Shown here: positions 53,468 to 62,314 of the stretch, piece by piece
Numbering within the stretch: position 1 is the first letter of the stretch
Layout of the letters: each line of letters opens with the position of its first letter
Origin: Pyrinomonadaceae bacterium
GTDB taxonomy: Bacteria > Acidobacteriota > Blastocatellia > Pyrinomonadales > Pyrinomonadaceae
Direction of reading: 5' to 3'
DNA: 64,000 nucleotides
Assembly (NCBI GenBank): GCA_035645855.1
Contig: DASQLU010000067.1
Span: forward strand, 231-64,230
Notes under the pieces: model-generated
Told to the model about the DNA's origin: nothing
Databases searched by the model: none
What the model saw: the letters and a program-made list of their open reading frames with translations, nothing else
Program-made: the position numbers and the translations under genes

Positions 53468-55850
53468 TCGACCCCGCCTCTCTCCACCGCCCGGCCGACG
53501 TGAGGGCTCCTTCGATGCCCTTCGCGGCGAGGATAATCAGCAGCACCCAGAACGTGTAGCGGAACCTGTAAAGCGCGCCGACGTTAGGAACGACAAGCCC
53601 GAGCGCGGTCACACCGAACACGGTGACCGACAACAGCAGCCACGCGGCGAGCCGCCGTCGCCGCCGCAGGACGGCCACGAGTGCCAGCAGCCCGAACACG
53701 TACATGATGAGCGTCTCCGCACCGGACAACGACTTTCCGGCGCTCCCCACGCGCCTGCCTGCGGCTACCCACATGTTGGGGAAGGGCGCGCAGCAACCGA
53801 TGACGAAGGCGCGCGGGAGATAAAGAAGCAGCGGCGCGAGGCCGTCGAACCTGACGTTGCGGTCGACGCCCGAGCCGGCCTCCGAATAGACGGCGCCGAA
53901 CCTGTAGCGGACGCTGCCGACCCTGTGAGCAGCCCTGTCGGCCGCCGCCCGGAGCCGCGCGGCGTAACCCGGTGCCGCCCCCTCCTCGGCCTTCGGGCGC
54001 GGGAGGTACGTGACGACCGTGGGCACACGCTCCCCCGCGCTCGCGGCCAACTTGGGCAGGCCGCCCCCGTCCGAAGGGTAGCGTTTGAACTTCTGAACCA
54101 CCGGTGCCCCGAGGGAATAGAGCAGGAGCAACAGCGCGCCCGCAGCCAATATCAGGAGGGGGCTGATCATGTTCCAGTAGAGCACCCGCCCCTCGGCCAC
54201 CTGGCGGACAACGAGCATGGCGAACCCGAGGAGCACGAGCACCAGTATGACCGCGGCGAATTGAAAACGGATGAGCAGGAGCAGCAGGATGCTGGCGCCC
54301 ATGAGCGCGCCCGCACCCGCGGCGCTCGCCCGCCCGTAGTCCCTCGTCAGCCACGTCGTCACGCATAGCACGAGCGCGAGCGCCCCCGCGATGAAGAGCG
54401 GGTCTTTGAGGAGTTGCAGCGTGTGCAGCAGGAAGGTCGGCCACAGTGCGACCGCCCCGGCGGCCAACAACCCGGCGCGCCGGCCGCCGATCTCGCGGCC
54501 GAGCAGGAGGGTGAGTCCCACTACGGCGAGGTAGCAGAGAAGGTTAAACGGCTCCGCGCTCAACGTGCCGTAGCCTAAGAGCGGCCCGACGAGAGCGAAC
54601 TGAAGCGAGATCAGTCTGACGTGTATGGGCCCCCGCTCTGCTGCCCACGCAGAGACCCCGTCCTGCCTCAAGACCTCCGCCAGCCGCACAGCCCCGCGCT
54701 GGTACTCGTAACTGTCGAAGGCGAAGGAGGCCATTATCCCGTCGTGGTCGACGAAGCTCGGCACGAGTTGCGCATGCCCCGCCCAGTGCAGCCCTAACGC
54801 CAGCGCGACGTGCAGCACTGCGGCTGCCACGAGCAGTAGCCGCCCGCCGGAGAGAGGCGCGGACAGGCGTCGTCCGAAAACGCGCGGAGTGCTGGCTAAG
54901 GCGCTGTTGATCTTGTCTCCTATCTTTCCGTTTTTGATCGGCTCCGTCGCCATACGCATGCCGCGCCCGGCGGAGCGAATTGATGCCCGCTCCTGCACAA
55001 AAGCTATGAATTCTTCCGTCAGCGCGTTGCCCGACGACGCATCAGCGGGCGCGTGAATCGTACCCACCACGGAGCCCCCGTCCGCGTGCGCCTCTGTGAA
55101 TATCACACGCGCCCCGCAGCGCGCGGCCACGTGCATCAGTGCCGGGGCGACGATGACGCGCCCGTTCACGGTGACGAACTCGACCGTCCTTGCCCCGTGG
55201 TGTTCCGCCCTGTCGGGCATCGCGCAGACAAGCTCGCCGCGGCGTAATCTGCCGCGCGTCTTAACGAGGAAAGTCGGCGACGGCTGCACTGTCCGCACCG
55301 TCAAAGTGGTGCCGGCGACACGCATCCCCGGGTCGGGGGTGATGACCACGGGGTCGAGGCCGCGGTCGTAAAAGAGGCGAATCATGAGCAGGGTGAGCGC
55401 CGCGTGAGGCCCGATGACAAGCACGCCCGTGCCGGCCGCGCACGCGCGTTCGAGTTCCGCGAACCCTCTCACCTCAACTACGGGGTCGAAACGCGCCCCG
55501 TTCCTCGTCAGGGCATTAAGCACAAAGTGGAGCGCGATTTCGCGCGCGCCGTCGAACCCGATCAACTCCTGCTTCCTGTAAGCATCCGTCAGCCGCAGTA
55601 AAGGCGTGGCCGCGCGCGCGACGAACACTGCCGCGCCGAAGCGGTAACGCCGCGGCGCCAGTCGCATCGCCGCGGCAAACAAGAACTCCGCCGCCCGTAT
55701 CAGCCGCCGCGAGGCCGGCGCGACTTCCGCCTCCGGCTGCGCGACTTCCGCCCGCGCATACCATCCCGACCTAATCTTCGTGCCGCCCAATCTGTCCCTC
55801 ACGGTAGAAAAATTCAGAGCGCATACCGGCGCCGGCAGCCGCCCGCGCAT
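53460..55850 (-). CDS. Large membrane protein with N-terminal LpxL/LPLAT-like acyltransferase-like region (start uncertain)
   Basis: The frame is continuous from 56096. Residues about 190-370 resemble lipid A-type acyltransferases (VRGFAELERACAAGTGVLVIGPHAALTLL...RGRLRRGELVCAMPDRAEHHGARTVEFVTVNGRVIVAPALMHVAARCGARVIF). From MRMATEPIKNG (54959) onward the protein has about 12 TM segments. Candidate ATG starts are 55850, 55667 and 54959. Confidence 0.5.
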   Translation of the reverse strand: MRGRLPAPVCALNFSTVRDRLGGTKIRSGWYARAEVAQPEAEVAPASRRLIRAAEFLFAAAMRLAPRRYRFGAAVFVARAATPLLRLTDAYRKQELIGFDGAREIALHFVLNALTRNGARFDPVVEVRGFAELERACAAGTGVLVIGPHAALTLLMIRLFYDRGLDPVVITPDPGMRVAGTTLTVRTVQPSPTFLVKTRGRLRRGELVCAMPDRAEHHGARTVEFVTVNGRVIVAPALMHVAARCGARVIFTEAHADGGSVVGTIHAPADASSGNALTEEFIAFVQERASIRSAGRGMRMATEPIKNGKIGDKINSALASTPRVFGRRLSAPLSGGRLLLVAAAVLHVALALGLHWAGHAQLVPSFVDHDGIMASFAFDSYEYQRGAVRLAEVLRQDGVSAWAAERGPIHVRLISLQFALVGPLLGYGTLSAEPFNLLCYLAVVGLTLLLGREIGGRRAGLLAAGAVALWPTFLLHTLQLLKDPLFIAGALALVLCVTTWLTRDYGRASAAGAGALMGASILLLLLIRFQFAAVILVLVLLGFAMLVVRQVAEGRVLYWNMISPLLILAAGALLLLLYSLGAPVVQKFKRYPSDGGGLPKLAASAGERVPTVVTYLPRPKAEEGAAPGYAARLRAAADRAAHRVGSVRYRFGAVYSEAGSGVDRNVRFDGLAPLLLYLPRAFVIGCCAPFPNMWVAAGRRVGSAGKSLSGAETLIMYVFGLLALVAVLRRRRRLAAWLLLSVTVFGVTALGLVVPNVGALYRFRYTFWVLLIILAAKGIEGALTSAGRWREAGSSG

Positions 55851-56100
55851 TTCCCGGCGCCCGGCGCGCGAAGCCCCTGCAGCACACGAAAAGCCTGACG
55901 CCTGTGGGTTTCGTCGCGCCGGTGCCTCAGTAATTGCTTTACGTTTGTGAAGAAGCAGCCGCCTGAGGTGGCTGCGGTTTTGACAACTGTGCTGTAAAAC
56001 ATTTGTCGGACGGCTATGGCCGCGGAGCGTGGCGTCGTTGCCGCTGTCTGAAATTGATTGCCGGTGTGGGCGGCCCGAATAAGCTGAGTGCCCCAATCCA

Positions 56101-56511
56101 TTATTTTATCTTTTTGTATATCAGGGTGGCGCAGTATAACACTGTCAGACGACTCAGCACATAACGGCCGCGTTCGACGTGCTGAGGCGTAGCGGCCGGG
56201 AATAAGTTCTCGACGAGCTTCGCCTGCCCCGCCGCGCTCCCTCGGTCTATGTTTTTCAACAGCCGCCGGGCAGCCTGCCTAACGCTCAACACCTTCAGGC
56301 GTGGGTGGCGCGCTCTCTCTTCGCGCACCGCTTCGACCGCCCGCAGGCCGTGGCCGCTCAGGCCGAGAGTCTGTCCGTGTGTCTCAGCCGTGGCTTCGCC
56401 AATCAGTCCGCGAAAGTTATGAATGCGCTGAAGGTGGCGGAGGCGCGCGGTCAGGCCATAGCTGCGTATCAGCAGCCCTGACGGGTTCTCGTTTCCGCAA
56501 ACTCGCGTCAA
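56101..56511 (-). CDS. Hypothetical protein
   Basis: 136-aa ORF filling the gap between two minus-strand genes. No motif recognised. Confidence 0.3.
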   Translation of the reverse strand: MTRVCGNENPSGLLIRSYGLTARLRHLQRIHNFRGLIGEATAETHGQTLGLSGHGLRAVEAVREERARHPRLKVLSVRQAARRLLKNIDRGSAAGQAKLVENLFPAATPQHVERGRYVLSRLTVLYCATLIYKKIK

Positions 56512-56533
56512 CCATCCGTAATTCGAGTGCCGA

Positions 56534-58753
56534 TCAGGGCAGAACTCCTAAAGCGTGAGCCAGCCTGTAAGTCGCTATCAGGAGATGTGCGTCCCGCGCG
56601 AGATCGAGATTGGCCGTCATCTCGTCCAGACGAATAAAGTGAAAGGCCGGGTTGAGGTTTCCACTCGCTTCGACCTCGACGGCGAAAGGGTAGACGACCT
56701 CAGGCGTCACGCCTGAAGTCGTAAAATACGTTCCGCCCAGTTCCCATGCCTGGCGGGCGCGAAGGCTGAAATCGCGCTCCAACGCTTCCCGGAGGAAAGG
56801 CTGAATTTCGGATTGGTGTGTGATGCTCGACGGCAAACGCCATGCAGGGGCGCACGCGATTCCGGAGTTTCCGCTGAACGATTGCACGGCGGGCAGGTCG
56901 CGCTGTTCGATGCCGACGAAGACCCCCCGTGTCGTCCTGATCACGGGTAAAACGACCAGTGTGTTATTGCTCAGGCGCCGGGGCTGCACGTATTCAAAAC
57001 GGGCTTCGGCTAGTATGCGTCCCCGGCTGTCGCGCTCCGCGAAACTGCCCTCGTATAAGGAAAGGAACTGCGGCTCGGACAGGGGCGCGGGGCGACCGAA
57101 CGCGGCGTGACGTAGAGGTGCTATGGCCTGCACGGTTTCGGACGGCGCGAGCATTTGCGGCTGAACGGATAACTCAATCGACGCGCCGATCCACGCGCCG
57201 CGATTCCTGCCGAGCAGTTGAAGCAGGCGGTATATATTTATCTCAAGCCGCGCATCGAACATGCCTCCGACCTGGCACGCGCGCAGGACTTGCGTCGCGT
57301 CGAGTTCACGCATCGTCCCGGCGTCCGTGAAAGGGGTGTAGTTCGGGAATGAGAAATCTATCCGGCCGGGGCGCACTTCGACCAGGCGCGAGATGACGAG
57401 TTCGTTAACGCCTCCGGGCGAAGTGTAATAAGAAAAAGGCTCGCCTACCGCGACGACGTCTTCCGCCGCGAACCCGGCGCGCTCTCGCAGCAGGCGGCGG
57501 ATCGCTTCTCCGTCGCCCGCCGCATCGAGGATGGCGCTGATCGGCTCGGTGATGTAGCCGGAGTTGGTCGCCGAGTTGAGGCGCGGTTGGTCTGCGCAGG
57601 CGTTGACGATGGGGCGCGGGAAATCCTTCCTGGCGAACACGAAGATTTGCCCCGCGCTTTCGCACCAGGGAACCACGTCGAGAGTTTGATGAGGCCGTTC
57701 GACAAGCTCCATCACCCGCCCCGACGCTTCGTGCATGTAACCGCTGAGCCTCAGAAAAGTCGGCGCGGAGATCGCCCGTCGCTCGCGCTCGAAGAGTTCG
57801 ACGCCCGCGCCGGCGCGCACCTTCTCGCCGACGATCAGGTAGTTTGTCGGCGGAAACGGCAGCGGGTCTCCGGCCGTGTGTGAGAGATGGAATTTACCCT
57901 CGAAGCGATTCCGCACGATCCACGGATTCCAGAGCGGGCGGGAGGTGACGATGCGCAGCCCGCGCGCGCGGAACGCCTCCTCGAAGCCTGCCTGTGTGAG
58001 ATACGTGTACTCCTCCAGAATCTCCGTCGCCCAGTCCGCGCGATAATCTTTGCGCAGCACGAATTCCGCCGCGGCGCGCAAGGCCAGTTCGTAACGGACG
58101 AAGCCCCGATGCGGCGATTCCATTCTGGTGTACGGGACGGGCGCGTCGCGGTTAACGCTGCTGCGCCAGTCGCGTGCGAACAGTTCAAACAGCGCGGCGG
58201 TGGAGAGGTCGCCGACAGCCCCGGTTTTCGCACCGTCCGTTCCCGGCAGGTCGAGGTGTACCTGCTCCGCGCCGTCGGGGATGACGAAATCCCTGATGAC
58301 GATGACGCCGCCGGTTTTAAGCTGCGCCACCTGGTTGTCTAATGCGGCGAACACGCGGTTGACGTCGAAATCGTTGAAGCTGGTGACGTGATGCAGCACC
58401 GAGGAGTCGAGTATGCCGTCGAGCGATTCCGGGGGAAAGACCATCTCGGAGATGTCGCCCGCCACGTAAGAAAGGTTCGGGCGTCGGAACTGCCCGGCGG
58501 CGCGCTCCACCGAGACCGGGTTGATGTCCACGCCGATTAATTCCAGCCCGCCGTAGAGGCCGGCCAGATCGTATGTGCCGCGCCCCGAACCTGACCCCAT
58601 GTCGGCGATGCGGCCACGGACGGGGAAGTGTGCCGTGGTGAGCGCCACCTTCTGCTGCATGGAGGCGTCCATCCCGGCGAAATATGCCTCGTAGGCCGCC
58701 TGCGTGCCGCGATGCTGTTTCTCGTAGCGCTCGCTTTGATTCGTGGAACTCAT
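56534..58753 (-). CDS. Class I SAM methyltransferase fused to two Nudix-fold-like repeats lacking an obvious Nudix box
   Basis: N-terminus: RIADMGSGSGRGTYDL (motif I), VGVDINP, YVAGDISEM, LDSSVLHHV. The C-terminal about 400 aa form two similar blocks (VVPWCESAGQIFVFARKDFPRP...GYITEPISAILD...LLRERAGF...YYTSPGGVNELV, and LVVLPVIRTTRGVFVGIEQRDLPAV...FLREALERDFSL...YFTTSGVTPEVVYPFAVEV). Confidence 0.6.
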   Translation of the reverse strand: MSSTNQSERYEKQHRGTQAAYEAYFAGMDASMQQKVALTTAHFPVRGRIADMGSGSGRGTYDLAGLYGGLELIGVDINPVSVERAAGQFRRPNLSYVAGDISEMVFPPESLDGILDSSVLHHVTSFNDFDVNRVFAALDNQVAQLKTGGVIVIRDFVIPDGAEQVHLDLPGTDGAKTGAVGDLSTAALFELFARDWRSSVNRDAPVPYTRMESPHRGFVRYELALRAAAEFVLRKDYRADWATEILEEYTYLTQAGFEEAFRARGLRIVTSRPLWNPWIVRNRFEGKFHLSHTAGDPLPFPPTNYLIVGEKVRAGAGVELFERERRAISAPTFLRLSGYMHEASGRVMELVERPHQTLDVVPWCESAGQIFVFARKDFPRPIVNACADQPRLNSATNSGYITEPISAILDAAGDGEAIRRLLRERAGFAAEDVVAVGEPFSYYTSPGGVNELVISRLVEVRPGRIDFSFPNYTPFTDAGTMRELDATQVLRACQVGGMFDARLEINIYRLLQLLGRNRGAWIGASIELSVQPQMLAPSETVQAIAPLRHAAFGRPAPLSEPQFLSLYEGSFAERDSRGRILAEARFEYVQPRRLSNNTLVVLPVIRTTRGVFVGIEQRDLPAVQSFSGNSGIACAPAWRLPSSITHQSEIQPFLREALERDFSLRARQAWELGGTYFTTSGVTPEVVYPFAVEVEASGNLNPAFHFIRLDEMTANLDLARDAHLLIATYRLAHALGVLP

Positions 58754-58774
58754 CTGTCGAAGGTAACGCGCGTC

Positions 58775-60547
58775 TCAGGGCGCGTGCTGTCGTCTCATCT
58801 TAAACTTATATAACTTGTTGCCGCGCGCGATGAGAGCTTGTAGCCCGGTGTGGAACAGCCTCGCGTCGGCATTGACGGACGAATCTTGAAGGGTCTTGAT
58901 GTCAGGCAAGCCCGTGCGCCGCGAGAAAATTTCCAGCGTGCCTTCGTCCGTCAGGTGCAACACCACTCCGCTATCGAGGACGGTGAAGTTAATATCGGTC
59001 GAAGAAACGTCGCGCATCACGCGCGCGTCATAACCGGCGAAATTATCCGCGAAGCGGAAGATGAGCTTATCGTACCGTCCGCCTTTAGCCCCGACCACGA
59101 GCAGCACGTTGCGGTAGAGCCGTGCGTCCGTAATTTGGTAGCCGTCCAGTTCGGGCAGACGAACCTGGTGACACACGCCGGGCGCGGGCAGAATGGACGC
59201 GTAGTGCGCTCCGAGCAGGTTCTGCATCGCCAGCCCCGCAAACATCCGCGTGGACTCAATCATAACATTCGCCACGGGCTTGAGACCCGGCAAAATGTCG
59301 CCCCGGAGTTCGATAAACTCGACCGCGAAAATGCGCTCCCGCTGCTTCACGTAAAACTGCCCGCCCGACAGCATGATCTCTTCGGCCTCGATGCCGAGAG
59401 CGAGGTCGCGCGCGGCGGTCAGGTCGCGGAAGCACGGCGTCGCCCCGTTCATGTAAGCGGCCACCAGGTGGCCGAGTCGCGGCGTCGCAGCCACCTCCAC
59501 GTCGGCCTGCGGCTTCGGAAAGTTCTCCCCGCGGAAATAGATGCTCTTCCGGGTAATGGTCAGGAGGCCGTCGTGCCGGATAATCTCGGCGTCGAATTCT
59601 CCGATCTCGACGATCTCGAAATGGAGACTGCCGGCGGCGGCGCGGGGCGCGGCCGGTGCGGCGAGTGCCAGGGCGGGCTGGGCGTCGTCGGGCGGGGGCA
59701 GCCGCTTGCCCTCTTCAAAGACCGCCCTGTACCAATCGAGATAAGCGGGCGGGATGACGGAGAAGGGGAGACAGGAAGCCGGGACGGAAACTTCCGGCCG
59801 CAGCACGGACACGTTGGCGCGCATGCGTGCGTCGAGCTTGCTCTCTTTGTCGGGCAGTGCTTGAAGCGGCGGGTAATTGCCCTTGTAGGGATGGATGCCG
59901 ACGAACATCTGAAAGGAGACGACGGCGAACGAGAACCAGTCCGAGCCGGTGTTGAATTGCCGTGCGTGCCTGTCGCGCACGCTCTCCATCAAGACCGTCG
60001 CCGGATACGAAGGCGTCTGATAGCTGTCTACGTCTATGAAGAACAGTTGCGCGAAATCCTCCGCGACTAAAAAGTTCATCTCGTTTAAGTCCACGATCAA
60101 CATGCCCCTTGCATGGACGTGGCTCACGCCCTCCTGTAGTTTCCGCACGAGGGCGAACATCGACGCGGGCGTCAGGTTGTTGCGCTGGCGAAAAACTTTC
60201 GGGAAAAGCTGGCAGAGCGCGTAAGACCTGCCGACGAAGCGCATGGAATAGCCGACGGGAGTGTTCTTCGCGTCGAGCAGCAATTCGAGCGGGCGGATGA
60301 TATTCGGCAGGGTCAGCGCGGAGAGTTCGAGGATTTTCGCGGGCGCGATGGCGCGCTGCGGGTCGGCATAAATTTTATAGGCGTTCGACCCTTTAACGTA
60401 GATCGAACCCTCGCCGCCCTGCGCTTTGAAGTCGGATGTGCCCAGACGTATCTCGCCTTTGCCGCTGACGAAATATCGCCCCGTCGCGGCATCTCCTTTG
60501 AGGAAGGTGCTCAAGCCCGGAAAGACGGCTTTGAAAGACATGCTCAA
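58775..60547 (-). CDS. Atypical Ser/Thr protein kinase-like protein (TerY-P triad kinase) with about 300-aa C-terminal extension
   Basis: G-loop-like QGGEGSIYV, AYKIY (VAIK-like Lys), catalytic-loop-like MLIVDLNEMNFLV, DFG-equivalent FFIDVDS. 4-nt overlap with the PP2C gene. Confidence 0.7.
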   Translation of the reverse strand: MSMSFKAVFPGLSTFLKGDAATGRYFVSGKGEIRLGTSDFKAQGGEGSIYVKGSNAYKIYADPQRAIAPAKILELSALTLPNIIRPLELLLDAKNTPVGYSMRFVGRSYALCQLFPKVFRQRNNLTPASMFALVRKLQEGVSHVHARGMLIVDLNEMNFLVAEDFAQLFFIDVDSYQTPSYPATVLMESVRDRHARQFNTGSDWFSFAVVSFQMFVGIHPYKGNYPPLQALPDKESKLDARMRANVSVLRPEVSVPASCLPFSVIPPAYLDWYRAVFEEGKRLPPPDDAQPALALAAPAAPRAAAGSLHFEIVEIGEFDAEIIRHDGLLTITRKSIYFRGENFPKPQADVEVAATPRLGHLVAAYMNGATPCFRDLTAARDLALGIEAEEIMLSGGQFYVKQRERIFAVEFIELRGDILPGLKPVANVMIESTRMFAGLAMQNLLGAHYASILPAPGVCHQVRLPELDGYQITDARLYRNVLLVVGAKGGRYDKLIFRFADNFAGYDARVMRDVSSTDINFTVLDSGVVLHLTDEGTLEIFSRRTGLPDIKTLQDSSVNADARLFHTGLQALIARGNKLYKFKMRRQHAP

Positions 60548-61428
60548 CCTCCCAGGTGCAGCGCGCCTATCGACAGATCATCGGCGTGCCGCCACCCTCT
60601 ATGCAGACAATCTCTGAGGAACATTTTCATGCGCCGCTCGACGAATGCGCCCCGCGTGCTTTTGAAGGAGATGAGACCCCGGAGCACTTGCTCCAGAGGG
60701 ACGGCCACGCCCCTGCCACCGGCCTCCGTCTGCCCCGTGTCGAAGAAGGAATGAACGCCGTCGGAGAAGATCGCGGCGTATTTGTAATCCGCGGCTTTGA
60801 CGGTAAAGACCTCGGTCGGCGAATCGCGGACAAACGCGCCGCACGGCCGCAGGCGTTCTTCGAGTGAAGCGGAGCGGAAGTGTCGCACCTCTTTGCCGGT
60901 GCGGCCTCCTTCCGCGCCCGCGAGCGCGAGCAGCCGCGCGGGTTGATGTGCATAGGCCGGGTAGAGCGGGTAATTGGAAGCGTAAGAGATGCTGTAAACG
61001 TCGAGCGCGCCCGCCCGCGTCAGCAGGCAGACGACGCCGTCGCCGGAACAGCCGACGACGAGGTCTTCGCCGTCGAGATGAACGGTGAGCAGCGTGGCGT
61101 CCACGGCTTGCGGGCGCAGGCCGAGCAGTTTTGCCCACCGCAAAGCGCGGCGCGCGGCCTCCAGGTGTATCCGCGCAGGGTCGCATGGCTGCGAGCCGCC
61201 GAGTTCTCCGAGCATCCGTTCGGCGGCTTTAACCAGCAGCCGCGCCCCGATGTCCGTGTCGGCGGAAGAGGAGCAACCGTCGGAGAGGATGACGTAAGGG
61301 CGACGCTCCCGCTGCGTCGCATCGAGGCCTTCCGCCCGCGCGGACGACAGGCCTGCCTCTCCCGCGAGCGAGTAATCCTGGCAGACGGCGTGCGACGCCC
61401 CGATGTGAAACGTGCTGTCGGCATTCAT
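60544..61428 (-). CDS. PP2C-family protein phosphatase (TerY-P triad phosphatase)
   Basis: FHIGASHAVCQDYS...YVILSDGCSSSADTDIGARLL...AAIFSDGVHSF shows PP2C_2-type metal-binding Asp motifs. Confidence 0.7.
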   Translation of the reverse strand: MNADSTFHIGASHAVCQDYSLAGEAGLSSARAEGLDATQRERRPYVILSDGCSSSADTDIGARLLVKAAERMLGELGGSQPCDPARIHLEAARRALRWAKLLGLRPQAVDATLLTVHLDGEDLVVGCSGDGVVCLLTRAGALDVYSISYASNYPLYPAYAHQPARLLALAGAEGGRTGKEVRHFRSASLEERLRPCGAFVRDSPTEVFTVKAADYKYAAIFSDGVHSFFDTGQTEAGGRGVAVPLEQVLRGLISFKSTRGAFVERRMKMFLRDCLHRGWRHADDLSIGALHLGG

Positions 61429-61527
61429 TGGCAGGAACCTCCAACAAGTCGGAGCCGGGCGATAAGAGCATCAACCGGACACGGGCGGCCGGCACGGGCT
61501 AATGCTCTCATCGCCACGGTGTGCTGT

Positions 61528-62271
61528 TTAGAAGACGAGCGACTGCGATTGCCCGCCCGTGCCGAGCGCCTGCGATTGCGCGCTGATGCTGCGGGAGACG
61601 AACTGCGCCAGCCGCGCGAGCGTCCGGGCGTCGGCTTTGTCGAGTTCGACGTACTGTGTGAAACCAGCCTCGACCTGAAACTGCCGCAGGTAACGGCCGG
61701 CCTCCGGGTCTTGCACGTTGACGCCGATGAGGACGGAGACCATCGATTCCAGAGCCTCGCTGGTGACGGCTTTCGCCAGCGCCTCTTTCACTTTCCCTGC
61801 GGGCAGTCGGGAGGCGTTGTCCATTCCGTCCGTGATGACGAAGAGAATGGCATTGGCGGAGAAATCCCCCGCGAGGAGTTGCCGCCCGTAATTGATGGTC
61901 GAGGAGACGGCGTTTTCCGCCGCGTCGTAGAGGGCGGTGGAGCCGCCCGCGCGAAGTATACGGACGTAATCGGCGAGGTTGCAGTTCTCCAACAATTTGA
62001 AGCCGTGCAGTTCGCCGACCGTGTCGTCGAAGGCGACGAGACGGAGCAACAAATTGTCCGCACGCGGGCTGGACTTGCACGCCTGCACGATGCGGGCGAT
62101 GGCGGATTCCATGTCGGAGATGAAATCGTAGGTGCTGCCGCTCACGTCGCAGGCGATGGTCACAACGGTGTATTCGGTTGCGCCGAGTTCGTCGAGGCGC
62201 GTGGCCGAGTAGCCGTAATGGCTGTTGGGAAGGGTGATTTGTTCGAGGCTCGTGTCGTTGAGTATAGGCAT
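61528..62271 (-). CDS. von Willebrand factor A domain protein (TerY-like)
   Basis: MIDAS motif VVTIACDVSGST (DxSxS), then GGSTALYDA and ILFVITDGMDNAS. Confidence 0.8.
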   Translation of the reverse strand: MPILNDTSLEQITLPNSHYGYSATRLDELGATEYTVVTIACDVSGSTYDFISDMESAIARIVQACKSSPRADNLLLRLVAFDDTVGELHGFKLLENCNLADYVRILRAGGSTALYDAAENAVSSTINYGRQLLAGDFSANAILFVITDGMDNASRLPAGKVKEALAKAVTSEALESMVSVLIGVNVQDPEAGRYLRQFQVEAGFTQYVELDKADARTLARLAQFVSRSISAQSQALGTGGQSQSLVF

Positions 62272-62314
62272 CGTTTCGGCTCCTTATGTTGATGACGGCG
62301 TGTGTCGTCTCGGC

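Noticed and set aside
55851-56096. N-terminal 82 codons of the 878-aa ORF track entry (MGHSAYSGRPHRQSIS...)
   Set aside because: The sequence is polar and Arg-rich with no signal or domain character. It is probably untranslated leader in a stop-free frame. The start was moved to an internal ATG, but it remains uncertain.
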